In this document: piece after piece, positions 11,552 through 23,460 of the stretch
How positions within the stretch are numbered: the first letter of the stretch is position 1
Layout of the letters: each line of letters starts with the position of its first letter
From: Takakia lepidozioides
Lineage: Eukaryota > Plantae > Bryophyta
DNA: 64,000 nucleotides
Direction of reading: 5' to 3'
Assembly (NCBI GenBank): GCA_030704615.1
Contig: CM060733.1
Coordinates: 38,440,001-38,504,000, forward strand
Translations under genes and position numbers: made by a program
Notes under the pieces: generated by a model
Database searches by the model: none
Seen by the model: the letters and a program-made list of their open reading frames with translations, nothing else
Told to the model about the DNA's origin: nothing

Positions 11552-14360
11552 TCACAAGGGAGTTGGTTGCTCCATCATCAACCTCAGTGAAAGTGGGGTC
11601 TTTTGGGGATGATGAATACCCTCGTCCATGCTGCACGTCAAGTCACAAATTTTCCCTTTGGCTGCTCTAACCATAGCAAGGAGATGTTGCTGCAAGACCC
11701 TATTATGTCTTGTCATGTCTAGAACCCGCTCGAACACATTGGATATTAATGGCAGTAATTCCAGTGCTGGACTTTTCTGGGCGGAATATGGTGATGCGTT
11801 TTGGGTAGGACGCATGGGTGCTTTGGAAGGCATGTCAGCTGGTGATTGAGGTGGTGCAAACAAGCTATGAAGGCCACCTCTACTGCTCCCAATAAGGCTT
11901 CCACAGAATTTGGCTATGGTGCCATCTTCTAAGTTGGGGTGCAACATTTGCAACACCTTCACCTGATGCGCACACATATTACCTTTGCGGGCATGCCGAC
12001 AATCACAACATCCCCAGTTGGACTATGGATTGTGAACCGTATATGTAGTCCCCTCATCCCAAATACATTTGACAGTGGCGATGCCCCCTTCTGTCTGCAG
12101 AAGGTTCACATTGCAATCGAGAATCTGTTTGGCAAGCAAAATAGAGCTGCACACAAAGCCTTCAAGTCGCTTCTTGCGGATGAAGCCATAAGTTTTGGCA
12201 TACGACATATACCAGTAATGAGTAAGCAAATCACCTGTGAATTCATGAATGAGCCAATCGACTCGTCTGCTGACCAGTTTGCTCTTTGTGCATTTCAGTT
12301 GTGCCTTTAGATTGCCATGATAAGCTTCAATGGTGGCGTTTGTGTCTTGTCCTTCGTGTGGAATGTTGCGAGAACCCATTGTCCACATCTTAGCTTTGGG
12401 AACCTACTCCTGCTCCAAGTAGTCACAAAATTCACTTACGGTGGGGTACTTGAAACGCAAATTCACAAGTTCGCACACTGCCCATGCTTCACCTGCGTCA
12501 CCCTCGCTTTTTGCATCACTAAACATGATTTTTGACATATCTTGCATGACACATGCACGCAAATCTGCATCTTTGATCTTAGACACGACATTCTTTTGCC
12601 ATGCTCTCCTCACATGCCAAAGGCATAGAAAAATTGCAGACTGCCCCCACACGGCCCTGACATAGAAAGACATGTCAACATTATAATGTGGAGATTTGCA
12701 GAAAAACCAAAAAATTCCAGAGAGTTGCGAATCGGGATTCACCTGATTGCTTTTATTTCAGCATCTGCATCATCAACAATGAAAGCATGTGGGCACCATC
12801 CTGCCTGGTTCGCCTGAAGCTTCCCGTTCAGTGCGGACATCCATGGCTCCAAATCGATTGCCTTTGATCTTGCTGTGATGATGAATGCAACTGGGATTCC
12901 ATTCAACCACTCGTCGAATACCATCATGGTGTATAGCGGGTACTACATAAACAACAATCAATGTACAACAATTGAGGCAGATTTGTATGGAGAAAGCAGT
13001 GAGTATGAGATTTGTACGATGTGGGGATGCAGTATGGCAAGTACACCTTAAACCTGGCTTCAACGATTGCAATGAAGTAAAAAGACAGATCCCACCTTCT
13101 TCTCATTGGTTCCGAAGGTGGCGTCGCATGCGACAATTCGGTGATGGCCAAATTTCAACATTTGATCTTGCTGCCACACTGTTTGTATGCCAAGAACGAA
13201 TGGAAGATCAAGTTTGATGTCACTGGATGTCCAAGCCTTGTGGTTCTTTTCTTCTTGGTAGTAGAAAACACTAGCTATATTTTCATGCACCCACATGCGG
13301 ACACTTTGTGCATCATTTGGGTGTTTTTTTAATGTCTCTTCATCGCATAGCTTCGCAATATTCCGTATGTCATGGGAGAGGAGAAAAGTGTCACGGCTGA
13401 CGTCCAGCCCTTGCTCCATCAACTCCTTCACTCGCATGGTGTGCTTGGCCATTATCTTGTTTATGCTCAGCCCAAGACGCAAATTGTGCAAAATCCATGA
13501 TTTCATGTCATCGCTAAGATGGGGAGCCATTGCACATTGGTTCAAGTGACATGAAGGTCCGTGGCATATCTGACCTCTTCCATTTACATGTTGTTTCTCA
13601 TAATAAATTATCTCTGCCATAGCAGGGTCCAGGTAGCATTGCTTGACAGCAAATCGGCACATGCATCCTCTTTTGATGCTTCTCCTGTTTTGTTGTTTGT
13701 AATCCTTTTTTATTTAGGTTTTTTTTCCTGTGGATGCTGGCCCCACTGTAGGCTTTCTCCCCCTTTGGTGGACCTGCACGCCATTTCTTCGCACACATAG
13801 CCTCTGTTACCTCGACAGTGTTCAGGGTATTGTCTTGTGGGCCATAGGCCACGCAGTGATACTCACGCCAAAAACATGAGTGGCCTTTTAGAACCGCTCT
13901 TATGAAAGCATAAGTGCATGGCTAGTGGGATTGGACAAAACCTATGTAGTGGCAGCATTCATTTCATTTTTCATGAATCATGGCATGCTCAAGTTGAATT
14001 CATACCTTGTAATGTTCATGGCACTATTGATGCGTGGTGCCTCTGGAGAGTCCCAGCAGGGGTGCTTTTCTATCGATGAGTGCGGAACGTGCATGGGGCT
14101 TCCTTCTGGGAGGACTCACCAGCAATGAAGTCCGCCACCCGATTCCAAGGAATATATGCAATTTCAGTTGTGTTCTCATCAGGTATCTGTCCGTGCCATT
14201 GGGACCTCCAGTGCAAGTCATGGTGTGTGAAAGTACCTGTCTTTGGTGTCTGTAGTTGACTTTGCATATTAGAAAGAAGGTGGGGCAAAATCTTGCCATA
14301 TTCAACCTCTTCAGCCATGCTTACAGAAATAAGACGCTTCTGAGTTGCTGATGTCTTCTT
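11552..14360 (-). pseudogene. MULE DDE transposase with SWIM finger, AT4G13970/AT1G60560-like; inactivated
   Basis: IAYIPWNRVADFIAGES, AYGPQD, CHGP, PFVLGIQTVWQ, ACDATFGTN (D1), FIVDDADAEI (D2), LCLWHVRRAW, TNATIEAYH (E), CCDC..GNMCAH (SWIM). Premature TAG stops at 12404-12406 and 12023-12025; introns present. Confidence 0.85.
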
Positions 14361-14918
14361 TCGTTGCCGTATCCTCACACGCGCCTTTTTGCATTCATAT
14401 TCTAGGCATGTATAATGGAATGCTGTCAATTCATGTGGGCAAGCTAGAAACGCATGGAGAGAACTGCTCTACTAGGAAATGCACGATGAGGGTAGCAAAA
14501 CCCTCCATTGGGGTGGCAGTGTATGTGACGACGTGGCATATATCCCAACGTCCATTCTCTTTCTTCAGATTTGCCATTTCAAAATTTGAAAAGATGTCAT
14601 AACGAATTTGAATTGAGGGCATGATGTATGTTTGGGGATACCATGTATGCAATGGACGCAAGCATGTGGCATGGGGAGGATGAAGGCATGCACGGGGGAT
14701 GGGGGACGATGCCATGCATGAGGTGAGGATGGGAGGCGGGATGGGGATGGGTGAGAGAACATGTGTCATGTCCTGGCAGAGGGTACATGAGGCGCGGGAG
14801 GGGCTGCCGCGCGGTACGCGGGCGGCGGACGCGAGGGTGGGCGGAGGGTGGCGGGGGGTCCACTCTGGCTGAACCGGCTCCCTCGCATTCAACTCCAAGG
14901 CCCCATCTATTACTTGGC

Positions 14919-16505
14919 ATTAAGTTTAGCCATAGCCGATAACTCTTTTGGCGAAACCCAGTGAGGGTGGCGAAACTGGTGGGCGTGCGCTCCACCACGA
15001 GCGCTCTACCTTTTGCAGCGGGAGGAAGGCCATGGCGGCCTCAATGGCACCGGCTAGCCAGCTTGGTCGGATCTGCTCACTTTACTGTCCAGGTTTGTTG
15101 CAGGCCTTGAAGCGGCTCAGAATTTTGTGTGGCCTCGTCATTATGAGGCTGGTCAGACGACCGTCAGGCTGTTGAGCAAACTACCTTCATGCGTCAAGGA
15201 CTTAGAATTTTTTTGGCATATGAATTTTACAACTACCTCCATGCAGGTAATTTTAGGGTTTTCTACATGAAGGTAGTTGCAAAACTAAGCTGAACTACCT
15301 GCATGAGAGTAGTTGCATACCACCTCTGTGGAGGTAGTTATAGTAAGCGCCAACCACCGGAACTACGTTCAAGGAATGGAACCCGAGACCTGCATCGCCA
15401 CAACGCCATCGACCTACCACCTAACCACAACCTCTACCATGCCAACAATTCGACGTTTTTTCGATATATAAGAGAAACAGGGGAATAGGGATCCTTTTAA
15501 TGTAGCGGGGCCGCTGTCAGGACCTGTCCCCTCTGCACCCTGTGGCCTCATTACGACGAGGCCACACAAAATTCTAAGGCCCTTAAAGCTATACACTTTC
15601 CCATCAGTTTCAATGGAGGATTCAGGAGGCAGGGAGGCAGGGAGGCAGGAAGGCAGGGATAGAGAAAAATTGAAGAGATTTATGGGTGGGACCCCACCAT
15701 TGGCTGGAAGGCTACTGGATAAAGCCATTCCCAACAGCTCTCGAAAGTTTGTATGGATGCCATTGGGAGTTCCACTCTGAGAAAGTTGGTGCCACCAAGC
15801 CTATTTTGAGTTATGGCTTTCGGGCGAAATTTGAGGACAGAGACATAATGGACTTGGTTGATATTGCAAATGACTACAGGTCTGGATTGTGTTGCCAATC
15901 GATTGCTTTCTTTCTGTGACTTATGTCCGGCCAGCTGAAGTGCAACTTATGAGGGTGTCGGCGCCTCAGCTTATGACCATGGCTTTTTGTTTCACAGGAG
16001 TGTTATCTAGTGACACGAGGTTTAAGGTGTCTTTTGACTTTTGCAACGTAAGTAAGACAATCAATTAAACATCAATGCAGAAGGATGAATTGTAATGGTA
16101 TCTTCAGCCGAGGGACCTTCCTACTCCAGTCCCGCCCGAATATAGGACTAAACAATGTTGGATTGTGGCAGTGCAGATGCCTCACCCTACCAGGAAATAG
16201 TACTTCTCCCTGCAAGGTCCCTTTGCCTATCTCTCCGTTCTCTCCGTTCTGTCTTCTGTTCACTGCTTTGGCCTCAACCTCTTTGTATGCTGACGTGGTT
16301 AAGTTGATGGCTTGAATCTGTAGGGCTCAGATGATCGAAACCATTGTGGAGCAGGATGATGCTGCCATGGAGCAATACTTAGAAGGTGTGGAACCCGATG
16401 AAGCAACCGTGCAGAACACAGCAATCATTTGGCAGATCTATAGGAAAAGGGCCAGTTTCCTTGCAAATACACATGAGATCTCCGTATCTCCTTGGCTTCG
16501 GCCGG

Positions 16506-16554
<49 letters not shown>

Positions 16555-16929
16555 AAGGTGTCCAACCCCTGCTTGATGCAGTAGTTACCTACCTTCCATC
16601 TCCCATGGACCTACCTCCAATGAAGGGCTGTGACTTTGAAGATCCGGAGGTTGCAATTGACAGAAACCAAACGACTCTGAACCCTTCTCAGGGCTGGCCT
16701 TTAAGATTATGACTGACTCATTTGTCGGGTCACTCAGGACGTTTGTCCGGGTGTATTCTGGATATCTGACTGCGGGCACCTATGTTCTCAATTCCAACAA
16801 GAACAAGAAGGAGAGGATAGGGCGGCTGTTGGAGATGCATGCAAACAGTCGAGAGGATGTGCAAGTTTCCAGGACTAGAGACATTGTTGCTCTTGCAGGT
16901 TTGGTCTCTAGCCTTCTCTCTCTCTCTCT
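14919..16929 (+). pseudogene. Partial, rearranged duplicate of the plastid EF-G gene
   Basis: Matches the intact gene's 5' UTR and start ([16 protein letters not shown]), then jumps to intron 3, partial exon 4, intron 4 and exon 5 with frameshifts. Introns are retained. It ends in the intron-5 (TC)n tract. Confidence 0.92.
15114..15580. mobile_element. Non-autonomous MULE-type MITE, about 467 bp
   Basis: TIR GGCTCAGAATTTTGTGTGGCCTCGTC.../...GACGAGGCCACACAAAATTCTAAGGC. 9-bp TSD CCTTGAAGC/CCTTAAAGC (1 mismatch). Absent from the intact paralog at about 31880. Internal AACTACCT/AGGTAGTT repeats. Confidence 0.8.
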
Positions 16930-18206
16930 AAACACTACCCACTCTCGTCGAGTGGAATCTCGCGAGAGGAGGGCGGAGCGCCTCCCTCCTTAGGGTCTCT
17001 CGGCTATCCTCTCCGCTACTTACTACTTCAGGGAACCCGCCTATTTTCCTCCTTACTTTAACCGGTATTCTGACTTTAATTAGCGGCCCCACTACCCTAG
17101 TCAGGACTACCGATGAACTAGTGAGGTTCACCGCCATAGCCTCCCAATCCACCATGCTTTCGCTTTGCACTCTCTCAAACATCTCCCCTTGGATCTATCA
17201 GTCACACCAAGGTCCACATTCAAAAATGGACACAATCCACCGTTCTCCACCATAAGCTATCAAACTACTTTTGTCATACCAAAGCTGCTACTGATGCACA
17301 AATAAGACATACACTCATATTCAGGTATGTTCAACATATGGGCCACCAACGCAAACACATCTTCCTAACCACGTCTTTTTCCATCCCCACATTGCTCACA
17401 TACCCACCAATGGCCTCACCTTCTCAGTAAGTGTATCCATCATGTCATCCACGGACTCGGCATAACTCGCCACAACCATGCAGTCTGGCACATTCATAAA
17501 CTTCTCATGCACCGCACTGAAACAAAATGGTTCTCACTCATTAATGTCGGCACCTACCAGGGTAGACTCCCAGATTAGACTGTCCGGCCACCGTGATTAC
17601 TTCCCTATATTTGCCCCAATTCACTCTATACCTATTCTGTCGGACTCTGCCTAAACATCTTGCTTGTCCAGGACTTACCCATAAAACCCCCCCCCCCCTC
17701 TACCCCGTCCCCAAACCTCACCGTCCACTTTATCGAATTTACTTACTGCCATGATCGTTACCTCAGTTCCTCCACCCTCGACAAAAAACGGAAATACTCC
17801 CCGCTCATCCTCGCAATCCGGCAACAAGGCTGGAACACCAACCCACTAATTGTCCTCACTGTTGGTACTAGAGGTGGAATTCACAACGCCTGTATTACCA
17901 CATTACACAAAAACTTTAATATCCCTCTCCTCCCCATTCATAAATGCTTCAAGGCTATCCACCTCACGGCGCTCCGCTCCCTCACATGTATTATCACTAA
18001 TAAACGGAAACTTGAATCCACCCTCCCCTCGGTTCCTTAGGCTCTCCTACCCACAGGTTCCCTAGACACCCCTGCCCCAGCTGGTTATCCGGTGCCCCCT
18101 TGGCACCTGCAGGCTCAGCCGGCTGTCTTTATTAGGCCCCACCCTCGAAAGGGGGCAATAGCCGTGAGGCAAAGTGGCTCTTAGTTACGCCGCTTCGGCC
18201 GGAGTC
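16930..18206 (+). mobile_element. Truncated non-LTR retrotransposon encoding a restriction-like endonuclease (RLE; R2/NeSL/RandI-type)
   Basis: WPHLLSKC..TRHNHAVWHIHKLL (zinc-knuckle remnant plus RHN motif), then VHFIEFTYCHD..KKRKYSPL..GW..LIVLTVGTRGGI (17660-18040). Begins directly at a (TC)n tract; no RT core seen. Confidence 0.7.
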
Positions 18207-19006
18207 TTATCTTTCTCTTGGAAACGCCCATAGTGTAATTTGATATTTAATGGTAGTAATCAAAAGTAGCAATAATGCATATGTACCAATGCATCCAAAC
18301 AGCTCTTCAAGATCTACTACATCTTTTTGCTACTGGAGATCTTCAGACGTCTTCCCATCGTCACGAATAATTGTGAGATCCAACAATATTCCATCAAATC
18401 TTATAAATACTCACATTTGGGAAACTTTTTCGCACTTAACCTATTGATGAATCTTCAGCTTATGATTCTACTGTTGCTGCTCATGTACTTTAAGAGCCAT
18501 ATGTTTGAGGTCTTTGCAGCATGTGGTCATTGGCTCCAATTTTGATGTTTTAAATCAAAACTAGCTCAGACCCAGATAAAAGAATACTAAAAGAGAAACG
18601 TCTACATTCCCATTCAATTCCTTTTTCAAATGCTCAATTTATGTATATTGTGGATTGTAAAGAAGAAGATAGATCTAGATTTTGAATTGAAAATGGATGA
18701 TTCTTTGCTCGTCTTCCATCCAGTCCTCATTGGGAGAGAGATGAAGACTTACCTCTCAAGGTCTAACACTTGATTAAGTGTACATAAGTTGAAAAGATTT
18801 TTCACAGATTATAGTGTTTGACATTTATAAAAAAAATCTTTCATTATGTGGATTGAAAGCTTGTAAATAACAAGAACGTTTCTTCCAAGTCAAATCATAA
18901 TATGTTACAATACTAGGCCGCACAATTTTGAAAAACTGAACTGTGTCTTGTTTTTGTGTTGTTTCGAAATCTCTGTACTATGACCTTTACAAATATTGAT
19001 GACTTT

Positions 19007-19820
19007 CACTACAACAGATCGCAGTAATTATGACTGCCAAACCGTAGTAGTCATGGTTTGGCAGACTATGACCACGACTGCACCATGTTTTTATATGAAA
19101 TTGACCTCCCGCAGTCGTTCATACGACTGTAGTCATATAAACGACTATCTAAGTAGTCGTCTGTATGACTACATGGCTCCGGAATGGGCGGAAGGCTAGT
19201 CAACAGCAATTGACCAGATTTAGCTCACCGCTGATAGTCATTTCCATGACTAGAGTGTACATGGATGAGGTTACATAGTCATGATGACTACTGGGGATTT
19301 TGTAATTTGGTGTGTATAATACAAATAAAAGACCATATAATCACATGAATGACTAATGGGTGTATTGATTAGCAAGTAGTGAACTATAACTCTTATAGTA
19401 AAGAGGTTGGAGGTTCAAACTCCTCTAAGTACAATCAAATGGATAAGATGGCCCTAGAGTTAGTAAGCGAGCTAGGGATAGCACGTGGCACCTAAGATGG
19501 GCTGCCACGTGGTTTTTTTCATTGTTCTAAAATGCATTATACCACGTGGCACAACGCAGTACGACGCGACGTCTTTCATATTTTTATTTTTTAAATCAAT
19601 TGTGCCTCGCCATGTGGCGCGGCAGCGGCGACTGCAGTATGGTATATATGACTGCAGTGAGAGAGATCACTTGGTTTATCTGACTGTAGTCATCCGGACC
19701 GTACCATCCTGTACTCATTGCATTCACTTGGTTTGCACGACTTACAGTCATAGAAGTCATATGTACCGTACTACAGAATAGTCATATATACAGTCATAAA
19801 TACCACGATCTGTTGTAGTT
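19007..19820. mobile_element. Non-autonomous CACTA element, about 814 bp
   Basis: CACTACAACAGATCG.../...CGATCTGTTGTAGT(T), terminal G mutated. 3-bp TSD TTT. Many TATGACT/AGTCATA subterminal repeats. Confidence 0.85.
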
Positions 19821-20723
19821 TTTGCACTGTAAACATGATGTCTCACATGAGAGTGAGTCCCAACCGTAATTCAAACACTTCTTTGATCCTACCAAAAAAA
19901 TTGGAGGGTAAGGTTGTGATCTGTAAGAAGGATTTTTAGACACACCAGCTTGTAGAGTTTTACTAGGTCTACTACGACATAAAGCTGCAAAAATTACAGT
20001 CGTAATGTTAACTATGTTGGTGACTTGACATGTCTATATAGAGTAGTGTGCAAGTCATTTTGACCCCTAATGATTACATACGTTCTCAGTAATTGAACCG
20101 ATTTGTAATGTCATTTTTATTCCTAATTCAGTTTTGTAGGTAGGCTGGTATGATTGGAAGGGTACAACACCTTTTCGAGTCAAAAGGGTGTGTGGGAGTA
20201 AGCACTATATCCTTTGGCGATGACTATTTGATATTATAGTGCCAATGTGATACTACGATGATAGGGAACCATCATAGATAGCTTGAATATAAAAGCTTAA
20301 TGAGCGTAAGATGATAACATGGGTCTTTGTTAATTGCAATGCATTCCAGCATGACTTCTCTCGAATATAATAGCGCCCAACACAATACATAAGTGTTGAG
20401 GGCTACATACGTGTATTCATTTGAACATCATTCTTTGATTTAACATGCTTCAAATTATAACGAAACTAAGATGGACACATTGATGAAATGTATCAAAACT
20501 CGACTATAAAAACATCATGCGATTTGCTTTGAATTCTACTCACGAGCCAGATAATTTCCAAATATGATGCAACATTTAAAGTAATCATTTTTTATTTTCC
20601 ACTAAATTGTTCATAGAGAGTAGACTCAAAACATCACATTTTTCTACTCTTCATGACCAAGATAGTCTTGTCAAAGAACGAGAACTCTGAGATCATTTCT
20701 ATTCTCATTTCAAACTAACGGTA

Positions 20724-21317
20724 ATGGACCCAAATAAGTGGCAGGATCGTGATCCAAACGACTTAACCTACCCCGGCAGAGTTATTGACTCCGCCATATT
20801 GAATGCAAACTTGATAAAGTGTGGTGACCATGTGTACGTCTTACGAGGTAACCATGGTCCTACTAGGAGGGTCATGGTGGCTCGAGTAGAATCAATAAGG
20901 TTGTTTACGGGGGAATATAACAGACGACTATATAATTTCCGGCTTCATCTCTATGTTCGACCAGAGGATACTCTTGAAGGGAGAGGGCCTCATCACGGCA
21001 TACGTGAGTTGTTGTTGTCTGATCACCATAAGACAGTAACAAATAAAAGAAAAATACTGGGAAAATGTTTTGTCTGCAATCTCGAAGAATACAAATGGCT
21101 ACAAAATACTGGTCCCAATATCTACATCCAGCGCTATAATTTTAATACTCGATTTAACGAAGTCTCGCATGGTGACAACCCATTACATTGTGTATGCAGG
21201 ATGCCTGAAAACCCCGACATTCGAATGATGAAATGTCAGCGTTGTCGTTGTTTGTATCACGCAAATTGTCTTAGAATTCCAGCAACAACGTTTCCATTTA
21301 GATGTCCTCATTGCTGA
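20724..21317 (+). CDS. Intronless BAH-PHD protein, divergent EBS/SHL-like (197 aa)
   Basis: GDHV..VARVE..RPEDT..GRGPHHGIRELLLSDH..GKC (BAH) followed by CVC..MPENPD..CQRC..YHANC..CPHC (C4HC3 PHD); collinear with EBS/SHL. Confidence 0.8.
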   Translation: MDPNKWQDRDPNDLTYPGRVIDSAILNANLIKCGDHVYVLRGNHGPTRRVMVARVESIRLFTGEYNRRLYNFRLHLYVRPEDTLEGRGPHHGIRELLLSDHHKTVTNKRKILGKCFVCNLEEYKWLQNTGPNIYIQRYNFNTRFNEVSHGDNPLHCVCRMPENPDIRMMKCQRCRCLYHANCLRIPATTFPFRCPHC

Positions 21318-22639
21318 ATTCTTCATCAAAGTCTTACATGAATTAATTGGTATGAAACTTGTATATCATGCTTCCAATTTAAACCGAAACTTCGTGGGAT
21401 AGATTCCAAAGATAGTATGTTTGGGTTTGGCTAACTGGAGGAGATAGCATGAAGAGGATTGCACTCACCAAACCTCTGGGTCCGGCCCCTTTATAACTAC
21501 GATAAAATTTAGTTTTTAGAAATTAGGGAATATTATTTTTTATATTATTAAAATTAAAGCTGAGATTTAATCCGTAGTTTTTCTCTTAAAAACCAGGGAA
21601 TAAAGGCTAGGAGATTCCGTACATTAGTTTCAAAAATAAATTATAGATATACATTATGATTTATTTTAGGACATTTGATCTGAAATTACATGTAACTTCA
21701 TCTAGGAACTTAAGCTATAAATGTTATGTATTGTAAAACTAATTAGATGATTCCGTCCCTCACAAAAATTGTGTTGTTGTGAAATTGAACAAAGATGAAG
21801 ATCAATCTGACGACTATAAACTCACATTTTTCATACTCTACATGTAGACACCAAATTGGGTCATTTTTTTTTTATACTACATTGAATGCTAGAACATTCT
21901 TGTTATTTCGCGTTCTCCAAATTCATATTTCAGAATCTTCTCTCAATTGGTGTATAGGAAAACTCTTGAAAAATAAATACCATGTAAGTTTGCACAAATG
22001 GAACCCGGACTTATAATTACGAGGACTTTGAAACCATCACAGGTGTATCACCTAATTAGTAATGTAATACCAAGGTAAGTTGGGCAAAATAGGACTAGAC
22101 ATGATTTTTTTATGGGTCTCAAAAAATATGTCATATAGTATCATATGACAAGGATTCAATTCCATGATACTAGGGAGAGCTTAAATATTCAATTGACATT
22201 GAATTAGAGACGAAAGAAAGAAAGAAAGAACTTGTATGGCCTTCCTAAAACGTTGCAAAACTACAAACTATGGGGGACCACGGAGTATTTTTTGTTTACA
22301 TATTATTAAGGAGATGTAAGTACCAAATTTTGGAGATATAGTGTAACATGACCTATCATCACCTCCTGTCAACCATTAATGTACCCCATTAACGATTACA
22401 TATTTAAATTAGGTTTGGGTTAGAAAGACCTAGGTTACGTCCTGAAGGTGCCATCTGACTCCAGGGTGCTGCTACTGATGTGTTATAAATTTCAAGTCTT
22501 ATATACTTTCATAAGTTTCGTGTTTGTCATTTGTATCCAACGGGTAGTACTAATTTACGTCTTCAAGAAAGCAATATTATAGTGATAATTGATGTGAATG
22601 AATAATTACTCTTGATATAAAATGTTTATTTTTATTTTT

Positions 22640-23460
22640 ATTTTTTTTACAGAACAGGGAACAGAGGCCCTGGGGTAAGTGGCAAAAGGAAAACAAGGAG
22701 GAAAAAATAACCCCCATAGAGGGTGCCATAGAGGCTGACCCAAGATGACAATGCATCGTAACTAATCAAAAGCAGAGGCACCTAATTGCTAAGGCAAGAG
22801 CAGCAGAGAGCTGAGTGAAAAAACATAAAACATTAGCCAAAGAGAACCAGGAGTAGCTAACTGTTAAGGGAGGAGCAGCAGAGAGCTGAGTGAAGAAACA
22901 TAAAACATCAGCCAAAGAGAACTAGGTGGAAGTAGCTAACTGCTAAGGGAGGAGCAGCAGATAGCTGATTAAAGAAACATAAAACCACAACCAAAGAAAT
23001 CCTGGCTGAGCAGGCGTAACTGTTTTGGTGGAGAAAGTTAAGCATGCTTAAGTACCATGGCTCAGAAAGCAAATGACATCCTACGCTACTTGAAAGCTTC
23101 GCCATGAACACATGTGGGCTCAGAAATCAGATCAGAGACTATAGAACTTAGAAGCTTCATCTTTTCCTCTTCTGGGTCTCTGAGGAGAACTGAGTCCTTG
23201 ACTTTGTCTTCCTTACAGAGCGATGGCGATGCCTCCAATTTGCATCGAATTCCTCCCCATCTGCCGGAGAGTGCAAAGCATGACTAGCTGAGCTCCGAGC
23301 TTGTCGGGATGGAGTCAACCCATTGAACACTAGTGTCCAAGGATCTGGAGCAGATAAAGTTTCCACTGGCCCAAGTGGAGTCAAATTGAGAAAGCAGTTG
23401 TTGTTCCCTTCGAGAGCTACACCTGCAAACAGCTTCACATAGCAACAACCATGCCTTCCT
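22640..23460 (-). mobile_element. LINE 3' fragment with poly(A) and a 75-79-bp triple tandem repeat
   Basis: T-tract then AGAACAGGG..AGGCCCT..GGAGGAAAAAATAACC, shared with 43905-44000. Repeats start at 22800, 22875 and 22954. It truncates the copia ORF. Confidence 0.5.

Larger units (their letters stand above)
5562..14918. mobile_element. Mutator-like (MULE) DNA transposon, about 9.36 kb, long TIRs
   Basis: TIRs 5562-5805 and 14647-14918 (GCCAAGTAATAGATGGGGCC.../...GGCCCCATCTATTACTTGGC). Perfect 9-bp TSD ATTAAGTTT at 5553-5561 and 14919-14927. The empty site is visible in the intact paralogous promoter (ttcATTAAGTTTagcc, about 29991-29999). Confidence 0.95.

Noticed and set aside
19358-19430. 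tRNA-like sequence (GGTTCAAACTCC B-box)
   Set aside because: No cloverleaf or acceptor stem; at most a degenerate SINE-like fragment inside a CACTA element.
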